Source: an uncultured Actinomycetota bacterium
GTDB lineage: Bacteria; Actinomycetota; Actinomycetes; Mycobacteriales; Mycobacteriaceae
DNA length: 64,000 nt
Assembly (NCBI GenBank): GCA_963834615.1
Contig: CAWICO010000006.1
Coordinates: forward strand, 89,158-153,157
Reading direction: 5' to 3'
In this document: one piece after another, positions 19,496 to 30,349 of the stretch
Layout of the letters: every line of letters begins with the position of its first letter
How positions within the stretch are numbered: position 1 is the stretch's first letter
Program-made: the position numbers and the translations under genes
The notes under the pieces: generated by a model
The model's database searches: none
What the model saw: the letters and a program-made list of their open reading frames with translations, nothing else
Told to the model about the DNA's origin: nothing

Positions 19496-19657
19496 ATGAC
19501 GGTGTTAGGCGCCGTGGTGTTCGGCGGATTCCTGGTCCTCGGGGTGCTGTGGCTGCTGTTCACCGCCCCGGATAGCGACGTCGATCAAGCGTGGGATCGA
19601 GCCTCGGGTGCAACCAGCGCTGCCGAAGGCGCTCTGGTGCTAACCAACTCGTCGTAG
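19496..19657 (+). CDS. 53-aa single-TM small protein
   Basis: [26 protein letters not shown]…; TAAACT -10 at 19454. Confidence 0.5.
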   Translation: MTVLGAVVFGGFLVLGVLWLLFTAPDSDVDQAWDRASGATSAAEGALVLTNSS

Positions 19658-19691
19658 AACTAGCAGGCCGCGCAAAGGCCGCCAACCGGCT

Positions 19692-20651
19692 CTAGCGGGC
19701 CGAGTATGTCGGTTGCGACCGCCCCCGGATGCGCTGCGGATCGCGGCCCCCGGTCGGTGCGGCGATCAACGTCAGCAAGGTGGCTTCAGGCCTGCAGCAG
19801 AACCGCACCGGCGCGAACGGCGACGTGCCGATCCCAGCGGAGACGTGCAATTGCATGGTGGAACCCCAGCGCGACGGGCCTTTGGCGCGGGAGCGATCCA
19901 GACCCGAGTTGGTCACCAGGGCCCCGTAGAACGGCACGCACAACTGGCCGCCGTGCGTGTGGCCGGCCATCACCAGCTGGTACCCGTCTGCGGCGAAGCG
20001 GTCCAACACTCGCGGTTCCGGCGAATGGGTCAGACCCAGCCGCAGGTTGGCGGCCGGGCTGGCCGGACCCGCGATCGCGTCGTAACGGTCGCGCTTGATG
20101 TGCGGGTCGTCAACGCCGGTGGCGGCGATGTGCAGCCCCGCCACCTCCAACTCGCGCCGATTGTGAGTCAAGTCCAGCCAACCGCGCTCGGTGAATGCCG
20201 CTCGCAGGTCCTGCCACGGCAGCGGCTGGCCCTGCACCCGGTGGCCCGGGTTGGTCAGGTAGTTCAGCGGGTTCTTCGGTCGCGGCCCGAAGTAGTCGTT
20301 GCTGCCGAACACGAAAATACCGGGCACCGAGAGCAGGTCACCGAGGCTCTGAACGACTGACGGGACCGCCTTGGGGTGCGCCAGGTTGTCGCCGGTGTTG
20401 ACCACCAGGTCCGGCTCCAGGCCCGCGAGTTCACGCAGCCAAGCCTGCTTGCGGCGCTGTCCGGGGCGCATATGCAGGTCGCTGATGTGCAGCACCCGCA
20501 GCGGCGACGAGCCGGGCGTCAAGACCGGCATGGTCAGCTCTCGCAGCGCGAAGGCATTGCGCTCGATGATGGAGGCGTAGCCGATGCCGGCAACAGCCGA
20601 TCCGAGCGCGGCGACGCCGGTACTTTTCAGAGCGGTGACGGCGGAGGGCAT
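19692..20651 (-). CDS. Metallophosphoesterase (Rv3683-like)
   Basis: SDLH, TGD, GSND, THSP and GHTHGGQ motifs. Confidence 0.92.
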   Translation of the reverse strand: MPSAVTALKSTGVAALGSAVAGIGYASIIERNAFALRELTMPVLTPGSSPLRVLHISDLHMRPGQRRKQAWLRELAGLEPDLVVNTGDNLAHPKAVPSVVQSLGDLLSVPGIFVFGSNDYFGPRPKNPLNYLTNPGHRVQGQPLPWQDLRAAFTERGWLDLTHNRRELEVAGLHIAATGVDDPHIKRDRYDAIAGPASPAANLRLGLTHSPEPRVLDRFAADGYQLVMAGHTHGGQLCVPFYGALVTNSGLDRSRAKGPSRWGSTMQLHVSAGIGTSPFAPVRFCCRPEATLLTLIAAPTGGRDPQRIRGRSQPTYSAR

Positions 20652-20708
20652 GCACGCCAGAATACTGCCGCTTGCCGAGTGGGCGCGCTGCACGCACCCG
20701 CAGACCCG

Positions 20709-23129
20709 CTACGGGGGCGGCGGGGGCGCCAGGATCGGGATGGTGATCGGCGGGAGACCGGGAATCTCGATCACCTGCGAGCCCATTGGCGCAGGGGGGA
20801 ATCCATCCGATGGCGGGGGCGGCGCGGGCGGAATGCCGTTGCTTGTCTGGATCGTGATGACCGCGCCGGGGATCGTCTGGCCGTTGGGTGTGGTTCCGAC
20901 CACCTCGCCGTACTTCGCACTGCTGTTGATCGACTGTGGCTGGTCCGCTACCTGGAACCCGACATCCTTCAGGCGCTGCCGCGCGGCGTCGACGTCGAGG
21001 CCCGCGACGCTGGGCACTTTGGACCCGGGGCCGCCTTCGACGTATTGCGGGTCGGTCGGCGGCAGTTTGATGTCGCCGAAGCTGGTGGCGATCGGCTTCA
21101 TCGCGGTGAACCAGGTCCGGGCCGGTTCATTACCGCCGTAGAGGTTGCCGTCACCGCAGCGGCGCAGCGGCGACGAGCACAGGTCCGACGGCGAGGTGGA
21201 GTCGTCGTAGATGTAGTTGGCCGCCGCGTACTGGCTGGTGAAGCCGACGAAGCCCGATGACCGGTGAGCCTCGGTGGTGCCGGTCTTTCCGGAGACCGGC
21301 AGACTCCATCCGGCCGCGCCGGCAGAGCCGGCCGCGGTACCGCCGCCCAGCGCGTCCTTGCTCATCGCGTTGGCCAGCGTATTGGCGAGTCCCTCGGGAA
21401 CCACCTGGTCACAGGTTTCGGTAGTGACGGCCACCGCGTTCCCGTTGCGGTCGATCAGCTTGTCGACGGGGCTCGGTGGGCACCAGGTGCCGCCTGACGC
21501 CAACGTCGCTGCGACGTTCGACAGTTCCAGTGCGTTCAGTGCGAACGGGCCCAGGGTGAATGACCCGAGGTTCTGCCGCTTGATGAAATCGGCCAGGCTC
21601 TCGTTGCTGTCCGGGTCGTAGTCGCGGGCGCTGCCCGGTTCGGCGTACGACCGCAGGCCGAGCTTGATTGCCATGTCGACCGCCCGCGGAACCCCGATCA
21701 GTTGGATCAGCCTCGCGAACGCGGTGTTGGGTGAAGTGGCCAGCGCGTCGGTGACATTCATCGATCCGCGATAGTTGCCGGCGTTGATCACGCACCACTG
21801 TTCCTTGGGACAGCCCTTGGCCCCACCGCTGCCCATGCCCTTGGCCTGGAACCTGCCCGGCACCTCGAGATTGGTGTTGATGCCCATGCCCATTTGCATC
21901 GCGGCGGCGGTGGTGAAGATCTTGAAGATGGATCCGGCGCCGTCGCCGACCAGAGAGAACGGCTGTGCCCGCATGGTTTCGCCGGCCTCGGAGTTCAAGC
22001 CGTAGGTGCGGTTGCTGGCCATTGCAACGACCTTGTGCGCGTTCTTGCCGGGCCTGATCACGCTCATCACGCTGGCGATGCCCTCGAGGGTGGGGCTCGC
22101 GAAGGTGTCGATCGCGTGCTTGACCGGCTCCTGCACCTCTGGATCGAGATTGGTGCGGATCAAGTAGCCGCCGCGGGCGAGTTGCTCCTTGCTGATCCCG
22201 GCGCGGGACAAGTAGGACTGCACGTAGTCGCAGAAGAAGGCACGGTCGCCTGCCGCGATGCAGCCACGCGGAAGTTCCTTGGGCTGCGGGAGAATTCCCA
22301 GCGGTTCGGCCTTGGCAGCGCGCAATGCGTCGGCCTCGCTGGGCAGGTTCTCGATCATGGTGTCCAACACCAGGTTTCGGCGGGCCAATGCGCCGTCCGG
22401 GTTGACGTACGGATTCAGCGAACTGGTCGACTGGACCAACCCGGCCAGCAGCGCGGACTGTTGCCAGTTCAGATCGGACGCGTTGACGCCGAAGTACGTC
22501 TGCGCCGCGTCCTGCACGCCGAACGCGTTGTTGCCGAAGGACACCAAGTTCAGATAGCGGGTCAAGATCTCCGGCTTGGTGAAGGTCTTGTCCAGGGTGA
22601 GTGCCATCCGGATCTCGCGCAGCTTGCGAGCCGGCGTGGTCTCGATGGCCGCGCGCTTCTCGGCGTCGCTCTGCGCGATCACCAACAGCTGATAGTTCTT
22701 GACGTACTGCTGCTCGATCGTCGAACCGCCGCGGGTATCGACGTCGCCCGATGCGTAACCGGCCAACCCGGTCAGGGTGCCCTTCCAGTCCACGCCGTTG
22801 TGCTCGGCGAATCGCTTGTCTTCGATCGAGACAATGGCCAACTTCATCGTGTTGGCGACCTTGTCGCTGGGCACTTCGAACCGGCGCTGATCGTAAAGCC
22901 AGGCGATGGTGTTGCCCTTGGCATCCACCATGGTGGTGACCGCCGGGACCTCGCCATCGAGGAGCTGGGCTGAAGCGTTGCCGACGACCTCGGAGGCGCG
23001 GTTTGACATCAACCCAATGCCGCCGGCGACGGGAAACAGCAACGCGGCGACAACGACGCTGGCCAGCAGACAGCACCCGGCGAGCTTGGCGATAGTGACC
23101 GTGGTCGCGGAGCGCTCTGGCATGGCCAC
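20709..23129 (-). CDS. ponA2: Class A penicillin-binding protein with PASTA domain
   Basis: IEDKRF, GGSTIEQQYVKN, GSIFK (SxxK), KTGT, PASTA and Pro tail. Confidence 0.96.
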   Translation of the reverse strand: MAMPERSATTVTIAKLAGCCLLASVVVAALLFPVAGGIGLMSNRASEVVGNASAQLLDGEVPAVTTMVDAKGNTIAWLYDQRRFEVPSDKVANTMKLAIVSIEDKRFAEHNGVDWKGTLTGLAGYASGDVDTRGGSTIEQQYVKNYQLLVIAQSDAEKRAAIETTPARKLREIRMALTLDKTFTKPEILTRYLNLVSFGNNAFGVQDAAQTYFGVNASDLNWQQSALLAGLVQSTSSLNPYVNPDGALARRNLVLDTMIENLPSEADALRAAKAEPLGILPQPKELPRGCIAAGDRAFFCDYVQSYLSRAGISKEQLARGGYLIRTNLDPEVQEPVKHAIDTFASPTLEGIASVMSVIRPGKNAHKVVAMASNRTYGLNSEAGETMRAQPFSLVGDGAGSIFKIFTTAAAMQMGMGINTNLEVPGRFQAKGMGSGGAKGCPKEQWCVINAGNYRGSMNVTDALATSPNTAFARLIQLIGVPRAVDMAIKLGLRSYAEPGSARDYDPDSNESLADFIKRQNLGSFTLGPFALNALELSNVAATLASGGTWCPPSPVDKLIDRNGNAVAVTTETCDQVVPEGLANTLANAMSKDALGGGTAAGSAGAAGWSLPVSGKTGTTEAHRSSGFVGFTSQYAAANYIYDDSTSPSDLCSSPLRRCGDGNLYGGNEPARTWFTAMKPIATSFGDIKLPPTDPQYVEGGPGSKVPSVAGLDVDAARQRLKDVGFQVADQPQSINSSAKYGEVVGTTPNGQTIPGAVITIQTSNGIPPAPPPPSDGFPPAPMGSQVIEIPGLPPITIPILAPPPPP

Positions 23130-23341
23130 TACACTAGCGGCGCTGCAACCACAGTCGTCGCGAGTGGCCGGTCAGAACGGATTCCGCCGCGCACTTGCCT
23201 CAGGTTCCTCTCAGCCGCAGCTCAGGCCGCTATTAGCCGCCTCGATCACCGGCCTCCGGCTCACCTTCATGATCGGACTGCACGGTCGTCCCAAAAAAGT
23301 GGGTCGGGCACTGTTGCGCAATTGGTACCTGACCACGTAGC

Positions 23342-23350
23342 TTATCCACA
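23342..23350 (+). promoter_or_regulatory. DnaA-box-like 9-mer TTATCCACA in the ponA2-whiB4 intergenic region
   Basis: Exact canonical box sequence. Confidence 0.35.
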
Positions 23351-23436
23351 CAATGAGATACAGGTAACACCGATAGGCACAGTGTGGCATAGGTCGCATC
23401 GGTGGAACCGGTGGCAAGAGCGAAGGGGAATCGCTG

Positions 23437-23790
23437 GTGTCAGAAATAGGAATCGCGGCGCAGAAGTCGATCGCAGCGCCGTCCAATGTCGTTCTTTGCG
23501 GTCCCGACTCGGAGTCGAGAATCGCCTGGGTTTCGAAGGCGCTGTGCCGGGCCGCCGATCCCGACGAGTTGTTTGTCCGAGGGGCCGCACAACGCAAGGC
23601 CGCGGTGATCTGCCGGCACTGCCCGGTAATGCTGGAGTGCGGAGCAGATGCATTGGACAACCGCGTGGAGTTCGGTGTCTGGGGTGGGATGACCGAACGT
23701 CAGCGCCGCGCGCTGCTCAAGCAGCACCCCGAGGTGGTGTCCTGGGCGGAGTTCTTCAGCGCCCAGCGCAAGCACCGCAGCGTCGGATAA
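23437..23790 (+). CDS. whiB4: WhiB-family Fe-S regulator
   Basis: Four Cys and GVWGG; divergent from ponA2. Confidence 0.95.
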   Translation: MSEIGIAAQKSIAAPSNVVLCGPDSESRIAWVSKALCRAADPDELFVRGAAQRKAAVICRHCPVMLECGADALDNRVEFGVWGGMTERQRRALLKQHPEVVSWAEFFSAQRKHRSVG

Positions 23791-23864
23791 GTAGCTAGAA
23801 GCAAGTCAGCGGTCGGCTGCTCAGCCGGCCGCTGTTTATTGCCCCGCCGCGCTGAATTGGCCTT

Positions 23865-23973
23865 CTCCTCAGCTGGCCGTTACCCGGCCCGCATCGTCGC
23901 CGGCCGCACTCATCTGGCCGGCTCCTCAGTGGGCCGTTACCCGGCCCGCATCGTCGCCGGCCGCCGTCATCTG
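23865..23973 (-). repeat. Two tandem MIRU-like units, 57-nt period
   Basis: ggccgttacccggcccgcatcgtcgccggccgc repeated exactly; ATG…GACGATGC…TGAGGAG layout. Confidence 0.8.
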
Positions 23974-25095
23974 ATCTGCGATCGCACGCAACGCCTCCAG
24001 ATCAGAGACGTCGAACGGTAGCGATGGCACCCCGACGATGGCGACCTGCGGGTTGGCCCCAGTGAATCGGGACAGCAGCCGGATCTCCCGTTTGGACGTG
24101 GAGGCGCGATCGGCGTGAATCTCCAGGATGGCCTTGGTCAAGTCGTTGCCTTCGATGACGTCGTTGCCGTAGGCCCCGTTTCCGAATGCCTTGGCGCCGT
24201 CAATGGCGCGCTCGAGCGGCAGCGAGCACAGCATCGGATGGGTTCGGTTCAGGATCAGCCCGGCCAGCGGCATATGTTCCTCGGACAGCCGGTCGACGAA
24301 GAAGGACGCCTCCCGAAGCGCATCCGGTTCGGCCGCCGACACCACGACGAACTGCGTGCCGCGCCGCTTGAGCAACGCATAGGTGCGGTCGGCCTTCTCC
24401 CGGAAACCGCCGAAGGTGGCATCCAGCGACTGCACGAAGCTCGCGGCGTCGGAGAGCATCTGCGAGCCCAGCACGGTCGACAGCGCCTTCATCGCCAAGC
24501 CGACCGCGCCGGTGACCAATCGTCCGATGCCGCGGCCAGGCCCAAGCAGCAGTTTCCACAACCGGCTGTCCATGAAGCTGCCGAGCCGTTCCGGCGCGTC
24601 GAGGAAATCCAATGCGTTGCGTGACGGCGGGGTGTCCACCACGACCAGGTCCCAGCGATCCTCGCCCAGCAGCTGGCCGAGCTTTTCCATCGCCATGTAT
24701 TCCTGTGTGCCGGCCAGCGATGTGGCGACCGTTTGATAAAACTGGTTGTCCAGAATCGCTTGTGCGCGATCGCCGCCCGAATACTGGATCACCATTTCGT
24801 CGAAGGTGCGGCGCATGTCGAGCATCATCGCGTAGAGCTCGCCGGGCACCTCAGGCGCGAGCGGCACGCGTTGCGGCGAGTTGCCAAGGTCGTTGATGCC
24901 CAACGCCTGTGCCAGCCGCTTGGCCGGGTCGATCGTCAGCACGACAACGGTGCGGCCGTATTCCGCCGCCCGCAGCGCCATGGCCGCAGCGGTCGTCGTC
25001 TTACCGACCCCGCCTGCGCCGCAGCACACCACGACGCGGTTGGAGGTATCGGCCAGGATGCCCGCGATATCCAGAGTCTGCGGTGTGATGCTCAT
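23926..25095 (-). CDS. ArsA/GET3-like ATPase (Rv3680-like)
   Basis: [21 protein letters not shown] motifs. Confidence 0.93.
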   Translation of the reverse strand: MSITPQTLDIAGILADTSNRVVVCCGAGGVGKTTTAAAMALRAAEYGRTVVVLTIDPAKRLAQALGINDLGNSPQRVPLAPEVPGELYAMMLDMRRTFDEMVIQYSGGDRAQAILDNQFYQTVATSLAGTQEYMAMEKLGQLLGEDRWDLVVVDTPPSRNALDFLDAPERLGSFMDSRLWKLLLGPGRGIGRLVTGAVGLAMKALSTVLGSQMLSDAASFVQSLDATFGGFREKADRTYALLKRRGTQFVVVSAAEPDALREASFFVDRLSEEHMPLAGLILNRTHPMLCSLPLERAIDGAKAFGNGAYGNDVIEGNDLTKAILEIHADRASTSKREIRLLSRFTGANPQVAIVGVPSLPFDVSDLEALRAIADQMTAAGDDAGRVTAH

Positions 25096-26114
25096 CGAAC
25101 TCCCTGCTGTGCAAGCGATTCCGACAATTCGTAGAGACTGCCGAGATCCACGCCGTCGGCAATCGTCGGCAGCTCGAGCCGCGGCACCTTGAGCTCGCCG
25201 AGCTGCTCCACCGTCGACGCCCGGGCAGTGATCCGGGTGGCGTGCTGAATGGTCTCGGTCAGCAAGCCGGCGAAGTCGTCGTCGCTCAACGTGATTCCGG
25301 CCGCGGTCAACCCCGCTCGCACCGCGTCCGCGTCGACGTCGCCCTCGGCGGCTTTGGTGAGATCGTTGGGCTGCAGATAGGCCTCGATGTTGCGGTTGAC
25401 GATCACACTGCCGATCGGCAGGCCCATCTCTTGCAACTCGTCGAGCGCTTCGATTGTCTCCTGCATCGGCAGCGCCTCCAGCAGCGTGACCAGATGGATG
25501 ACGGTCTGGTCGGAGTGCAGGATCTTCACCACACCCTCGGCTTGCGAATACACCGGGCCACCCTTGGCGAGGTCGGACACCGCGCGGGTGACGTCGAGGA
25601 AGCGGGCGATCCGGCCGGTTGGCGGTGCGTCGACGACGATCGCGTCGTACACCGGTTTCTTAGTCCCCTTGTCGGTGCGGATCACGGATTCCTTGATCTT
25701 GCCGGTGAGCAAGACGTCGCGCAGACCGGGCGCGATCGTGGTCGCGAACTCGATCGCCCCGATGCGGCGCATCGCGCGGCCGGCGATGCCGAGGTTGTAG
25801 AACATGTCGAGGTACTCCAGGAACGCCGCCTCGATGTCGATTGCCAGGGCGTTGACCTGCCCGCCGCGCTCCGCGCTGGCGATCTTGAGTTCTTTGTAGG
25901 GCAGCGGTGGCACATCGAACAGCTGCGCGATCCCTTGGCGCCCTTCGACTTCCACGAGTAGGACCTTGCGGCCACCGGACGCGAGCGTCAGCGCCAGCGC
26001 GGCAGCAACGGTGGACTTGCCGGTACCGCCTTTGCCGGTGACGAAATGCAGACGGGCCTTGGACAGTCGCGATGGCCAGCCGACGGGGCTGCCGCCGCTC
26101 GATGAGGTCCCCAC
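25092..26114 (-). CDS. ArsA/GET3-like ATPase (Rv3679-like)
   Basis: [15 protein letters not shown]; 4-nt overlap with partner. Confidence 0.93.
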   Translation of the reverse strand: MGTSSSGGSPVGWPSRLSKARLHFVTGKGGTGKSTVAAALALTLASGGRKVLLVEVEGRQGIAQLFDVPPLPYKELKIASAERGGQVNALAIDIEAAFLEYLDMFYNLGIAGRAMRRIGAIEFATTIAPGLRDVLLTGKIKESVIRTDKGTKKPVYDAIVVDAPPTGRIARFLDVTRAVSDLAKGGPVYSQAEGVVKILHSDQTVIHLVTLLEALPMQETIEALDELQEMGLPIGSVIVNRNIEAYLQPNDLTKAAEGDVDADAVRAGLTAAGITLSDDDFAGLLTETIQHATRITARASTVEQLGELKVPRLELPTIADGVDLGSLYELSESLAQQGVR

Positions 26115-26164
26115 CCCTGCATGCTAGCCAGGGGGCCTCGATGCGCTGTCGATAAGCTCGGGAT

Positions 26165-26326
26165 ATGACTCAACCCACCACCTGGGAGTACGCCACCATC
26201 CCGCTGTTGACCCACGCCACCAAGCAGATCCTCGACCAGTGGGGCGCTGACGGCTGGGAGCTGGTCGCCGTGCTGCCCGGGCCGACCGGTGAGCAGCACG
26301 TCGCGTATCTGAAGCGCCCTAAATGA
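26165..26326 (+). CDS. DUF4177 small protein (Rv3678A-like)
   Basis: [34 protein letters not shown]…YLKRPK; ATGA overlap with next gene. Confidence 0.88.
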   Translation: MTQPTTWEYATIPLLTHATKQILDQWGADGWELVAVLPGPTGEQHVAYLKRPK

Positions 26327-26772
26327 CCGCATCGGCCCGGCTCGCCGAGCTGGGCATCGAGTTGCCCGCGGTGGCCAAGCCGCTGGCCTCGTATGTGCCG
26401 GCGGTGCGCACCGGCAACCTCGTGTACACGTCAGGGCAGTTGCCGACCCGGGCCGGCACGCTGGCTCAGGCCGGCAAGATCGGCGTCGCTGTCACGCCCG
26501 AGGAGGCAAGGAACTCGCCCGGATCTGCACGCTCAACGCGCTGGCCGCGGTCGACGCGCTGGTCGGTATCGACTCGGTGGTCCAGGTCGTCAAGGTAGTC
26601 GGATTCGTCGCGTCCGCAGCCGGATTCAACGGCCAGCCGGGCGTGGTCAACGGCGCCTCGGATCTGCTCGGCCGAGGTGTTCGGCGGCAGCCACGCCCGT
26701 TCGGCCGTCGGCGTATCCGAGCTACCGCTGGACTCGCCGGTCGAGGTCGAGCTGGTGGTCGAGGTCGGGTAG
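26323..26772 (+). pseudogene. RidA-family protein (Rv3678c-like); two apparent frameshifts
   Basis: [18 protein letters not shown]; [10 protein letters not shown]; [11 protein letters not shown]…VEVE in three frames. Confidence 0.85.
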
Positions 26773-26777
26773 CGGTC

Positions 26778-27563
26778 GTGACGGGCAGCGCGCTAACGCA
26801 TCCCGCTTACGGCCAGCTGCGCCCGGTCACCGACACCGCGTCGGTGCTGCTGGCCAACAATCCCGGCCTGATGACGCTGGAGGGCACCAACACCTGGGTG
26901 CTGCGTGGTCCACGCAGCGACGAGGTCGTGGTGGTCGATCCCGGTCCTGATGACGACGACCACATCGCGAACCTCGTCGACGTCGGCCATATCGCTCTGG
27001 TGCTGATCAGTCACCGGCACGGCGATCACACCGACGCCATCGACAAGCTGGTCGACCTGACCGGGCGCCGGTGCGTTCGGCGGGTAGCGGATTTCTGCGC
27101 GGCATGTCCGGCGAGCTGATCGACGGCGAAGTCATCGACGCCGCGGGCCTGCGGATCACGGTGCTGGCGACACCGGGCCACACCGCCGATTCGCTGTCGT
27201 TCGTTCTCGACGATGCCGTGCTGACCGCGGACACCGTGCTGGGCCGCGGAACCACGGTGATCGACAACGAAGACGGCAGCCTGGCCGATTATCTCGAGTC
27301 ACTGCAGCGGTTACGCGGGCTCGGCGAGCGGACCGTGTTGCCCGGCCACGGGCCGGACCTGCCGAATCTGGTAGCCGTGACGTCGGAATACCTGGCGCAT
27401 CGTGAGCAGCGACTCGAGCAGGTTCGCTCGGCGCTGCAGCGCACTTGGCGACGATGCCACGACGCGACAGGTCGTCGAGCACGTCTACGTCGACGTCGAC
27501 AAGGAGCTGTGGGACGTCGCGGAATGGTCCGTCCAGGCTCAGCTGGACTACCTGCGCCGCTAG
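26778..27563 (+). pseudogene. MBL-fold hydrolase (Rv3677c-like); two apparent frameshifts
   Basis: SHRHGDH, PGHTADS, LPGHGP; breaks near 27068 and 27440. Confidence 0.85.
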
Positions 27564-27614
27564 CTGGCGCGGGCGCTTGATGCTCGCTCGGTTGCGCCCC
27601 CGCTTCGCGCGCGC

Positions 27615-28289
27615 TTACCTCGCTCGGCGGGCCAGCCGTTCGGAGTCCGAGATCAGCACGCTCTTGCCCTCCAGGCGAATCCAGCCGCGGTGGGCGAAGT
27701 CGGCGAGCGCCTTATTCACGGTCTCGCGTGAGGCGCCGACCAGCTGGGCGATCTCTTCCTGAGTCAGGTCGTGGGTCACCCGCATGGCGCCACCCTCTTG
27801 GGTGCCGAACCGCTGGGCGAGCTGCAACAGCTGCTTGGCGACCCGGCCGGGCACGTCGGTGAAGATGAGATCGGCGAGATTGTTGTTGGTGCGGCGCAGC
27901 CGGCGGGCCAGCACGCGCAGCAGCTGCTCCGCGATCTCGGGGCGGTCAGCGATCCAGGCCCGCAGCGCGTCGCGGTCCATGGAGACCGCCCGCACCTCGG
28001 TAATAGTGGTCGCACTGGAAGTCCGCGGGCCGGGGTCGAAGATCGACAACTCACCGAACATGTCGGACGGGCCCATGATGGTCAGCAGGTTCTCTCTGCC
28101 GTCCGGCGAACGGCGACCGATCTTCACCTTGCCGGAAATGATGATGTACAGCCGATCGCCCGGCTCACCCTCCGCGAAAACGGTATGGCCGCGCGGGAAG
28201 TCGACGGGCTGCAGTTGTTTGGTCAGCGCAGCGACCGCGCTCGGTTCAACCCCCTGGAAGATTCCGGCCCTCGCCAGGATCTCGTCCAC
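27615..28289 (-). CDS. crp: cAMP receptor protein
   Basis: [16 protein letters not shown] cNMP site; [23 protein letters not shown]. Confidence 0.97.
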   Translation of the reverse strand: MDEILARAGIFQGVEPSAVAALTKQLQPVDFPRGHTVFAEGEPGDRLYIIISGKVKIGRRSPDGRENLLTIMGPSDMFGELSIFDPGPRTSSATTITEVRAVSMDRDALRAWIADRPEIAEQLLRVLARRLRRTNNNLADLIFTDVPGRVAKQLLQLAQRFGTQEGGAMRVTHDLTQEEIAQLVGASRETVNKALADFAHRGWIRLEGKSVLISDSERLARRAR

Positions 28290-28420
28290 GTTGCCCCTTT
28301 AGCTGTTCAGATCACTGGTCGGTGGTTTCCGGCCCGCAAGGGGATCTCCACACCCACCCGCCCGCGGGCGCGCACCAGTCTAATAAGTCTAGAGGTCGCC
28401 ATCGACTCGACGTGCCAACG

Positions 28421-28798
28421 CTACACACGATTGGCATGCTCACGCGGCTCAAATTGCCGATTCGCCCGCGAATGTTTGTGCGGCTGCGGGGGGCGGTCGG
28501 GGTGTTCGGGCGCGGGAACCCCGGTGCCCGCCCTGAACTCATCAGTCGCCCACTCGCCGCTACTGGGCAAATACGCCTCGTCGGCGATGCGGCGGTGCAG
28601 GCCCTCCAGCGCCTCGGGCATCCCGGTCCGGGCCAGAATGCGCACATCTCTCGGCTCGGCCTGATCGAGAAATTCCGCTACATCACGTGCGGTGAGCGTG
28701 TCGTTTTCCAAGCCTGCTTCCAGCCGTTCAAGCCCGAAAGTTGCAAGCATCAGCAAACCCGGGATGAAAGCGACGAGCAACCAAGACACAAGCAGCAA
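28421..28798 (-). CDS. Membrane-anchored hypothetical protein (Rv3675-like)
   Basis: SWLLVAFIPGLLMLATFGLERLE N-terminus; synteny. Confidence 0.7.
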   Translation of the reverse strand: MLLVSWLLVAFIPGLLMLATFGLERLEAGLENDTLTARDVAEFLDQAEPRDVRILARTGMPEALEGLHRRIADEAYLPSSGEWATDEFRAGTGVPAPEHPDRPPQPHKHSRANRQFEPREHANRV

Positions 28799-28848
28799 GT
28801 AAACACGGCTAATGTCTCAGCGGGATCACGAATCAGTACTCTGTCGGG

Positions 28849-29646
28849 GTGATAATGGGCAAACCTTCCCGCGCTGCCGCCAAGGCCGCCGGCGGGGCCA
28901 GTGGCGCCGAGGCCCGCCGCTGGGCAACGGAAACTCCGCTGGGTCTGGTGCGTCGGGCTCGTCGCATGAATCGCAAACTGGCAGAAGCGTTTCCACTTGC
29001 TCACTGCGAGCTGGACTTCACCTCGCCGCTGGAGTTGACGGTGGCGACGATCCTGTCGGCACAGAGCACCGACAAACGGGTAAATCTCACCACCCCGGCA
29101 CTGTTTGTCCGTTACCGCTCCGCCGTGGACTTCGCGCAAGCGGATCGCGAAGAACTCGAAACACTTATTCGCCCGACCGGTTTCTATCGCAATAAAGCGT
29201 CATCCTTGATCGGCCTTGGACAAGCATTGGTCGAACGCTTCGACGGCGAGGTGCCCGACACCATGGAAGAACTCGTGACGCTGCCCGGCGTCGGTCGCAA
29301 GACCGCCAACGTCGTCTTGGGCAACGCCTTCGACGTCCCCGGTATCACGGTCGACACCCACTTCGGCCGGTTGGTTCGGCGATGGCGATGGACGGCCGAG
29401 GAGGATCCGGTCAAGGTCGAGCACGCCGTCGGCGAGCTCATCGAGCGCAACGAGTGGACGCTGCTCAGCCACCGGGTGATCTTCCACGGCCGCCGGGTGT
29501 GCCACGCCCGCAAACCGGCATGCGGGGTATGCGTGTTGGCCAAAGACTGCCCGTCGTTCGGCACCGGCCCCACCGAACCGTTGATCGCCGCCGCGTTGGT
29601 GCAAGGCCCGGAAACCGAGCACCTTCTGGCGATGGCCGGCTTGTAA
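28849..29646 (+). CDS. nth: Endonuclease III
   Basis: [16 protein letters not shown] HhH, VDTH, C-x6-C-x2-C-x5-C. Confidence 0.96.
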   Translation: MIMGKPSRAAAKAAGGASGAEARRWATETPLGLVRRARRMNRKLAEAFPLAHCELDFTSPLELTVATILSAQSTDKRVNLTTPALFVRYRSAVDFAQADREELETLIRPTGFYRNKASSLIGLGQALVERFDGEVPDTMEELVTLPGVGRKTANVVLGNAFDVPGITVDTHFGRLVRRWRWTAEEDPVKVEHAVGELIERNEWTLLSHRVIFHGRRVCHARKPACGVCVLAKDCPSFGTGPTEPLIAAALVQGPETEHLLAMAGL

Positions 29647-29647
29647 T

Positions 29648-30298
29648 TTGATCTCGTCCACCGCTCGAACCACTCGCTGGACCGTTGCGATCCTGGCGGT
29701 CGTCGCGGCTTTGATCGTCGGGTTACTGATCCAGCTGAGGCACACGTCGGAGTCGCCGACCGCTCTGCCGACCGGTTCCGCCCGCGAGCACCGTGACGCC
29801 GATACCGCCGCAGCACTGGCCGGCCCACGGCAACGTGCTGACCTGCCGCCGTGCCCGCACCCAGGCGGGCAGCCCGGCCCGGCGGAGTTGCGCGGTGTGA
29901 CAGCCGAATGTGCGGCCGACGGCTCGGTTGTCGACGTCGGGCCGGCGTTGGCCGGACACCGCGTCATCCTCAACCTATGGGCGTACTGGTGCGGGCCATG
30001 CGCGACCGAACTTCCCGCGATGGCGGAATATCAACGGCGGGTTGGCGCTGAGGTGATGGTGGTGACGGTGCATCAGGACGAGAACGAGACGGCCGCGTTA
30101 TTGCGGCTGGCCGAGCTCGGGGTCCGGCTGCCGACGCTGCAGGACGGCGACCGTCGGGTCGGCGCCGCGCTGCGGGTGCCCAACGTCATGCCCGCGACAG
30201 TGGTACTGAACTCGGACGGTAGCGTTGCCAAGACGCTGCCGCGCGCTTTCGCCAGCGCCGATGAGATTTCAGCCGCAGTCGGGGTTCAGACACGATGA
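29648..30298 (+). CDS. Membrane-anchored TlpA-type thioredoxin (Rv3673c-like)
   Basis: WAYWCGPC. Confidence 0.9.
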   Translation: MISSTARTTRWTVAILAVVAALIVGLLIQLRHTSESPTALPTGSAREHRDADTAAALAGPRQRADLPPCPHPGGQPGPAELRGVTAECAADGSVVDVGPALAGHRVILNLWAYWCGPCATELPAMAEYQRRVGAEVMVVTVHQDENETAALLRLAELGVRLPTLQDGDRRVGAALRVPNVMPATVVLNSDGSVAKTLPRAFASADEISAAVGVQTR

Positions 30299-30349
30299 TG
30301 CTTGTGCGCCGCGGCCAGGGGGCAGTGGGATGAACAGAGGAGGGCGCCG
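30295..30349 (+). repeat. MIRU-like spacer with mini-ORF MMLVRRGQGAVG*
   Basis: ATG overlaps upstream TGA; GAGGAG RBS for next gene. Confidence 0.45.
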
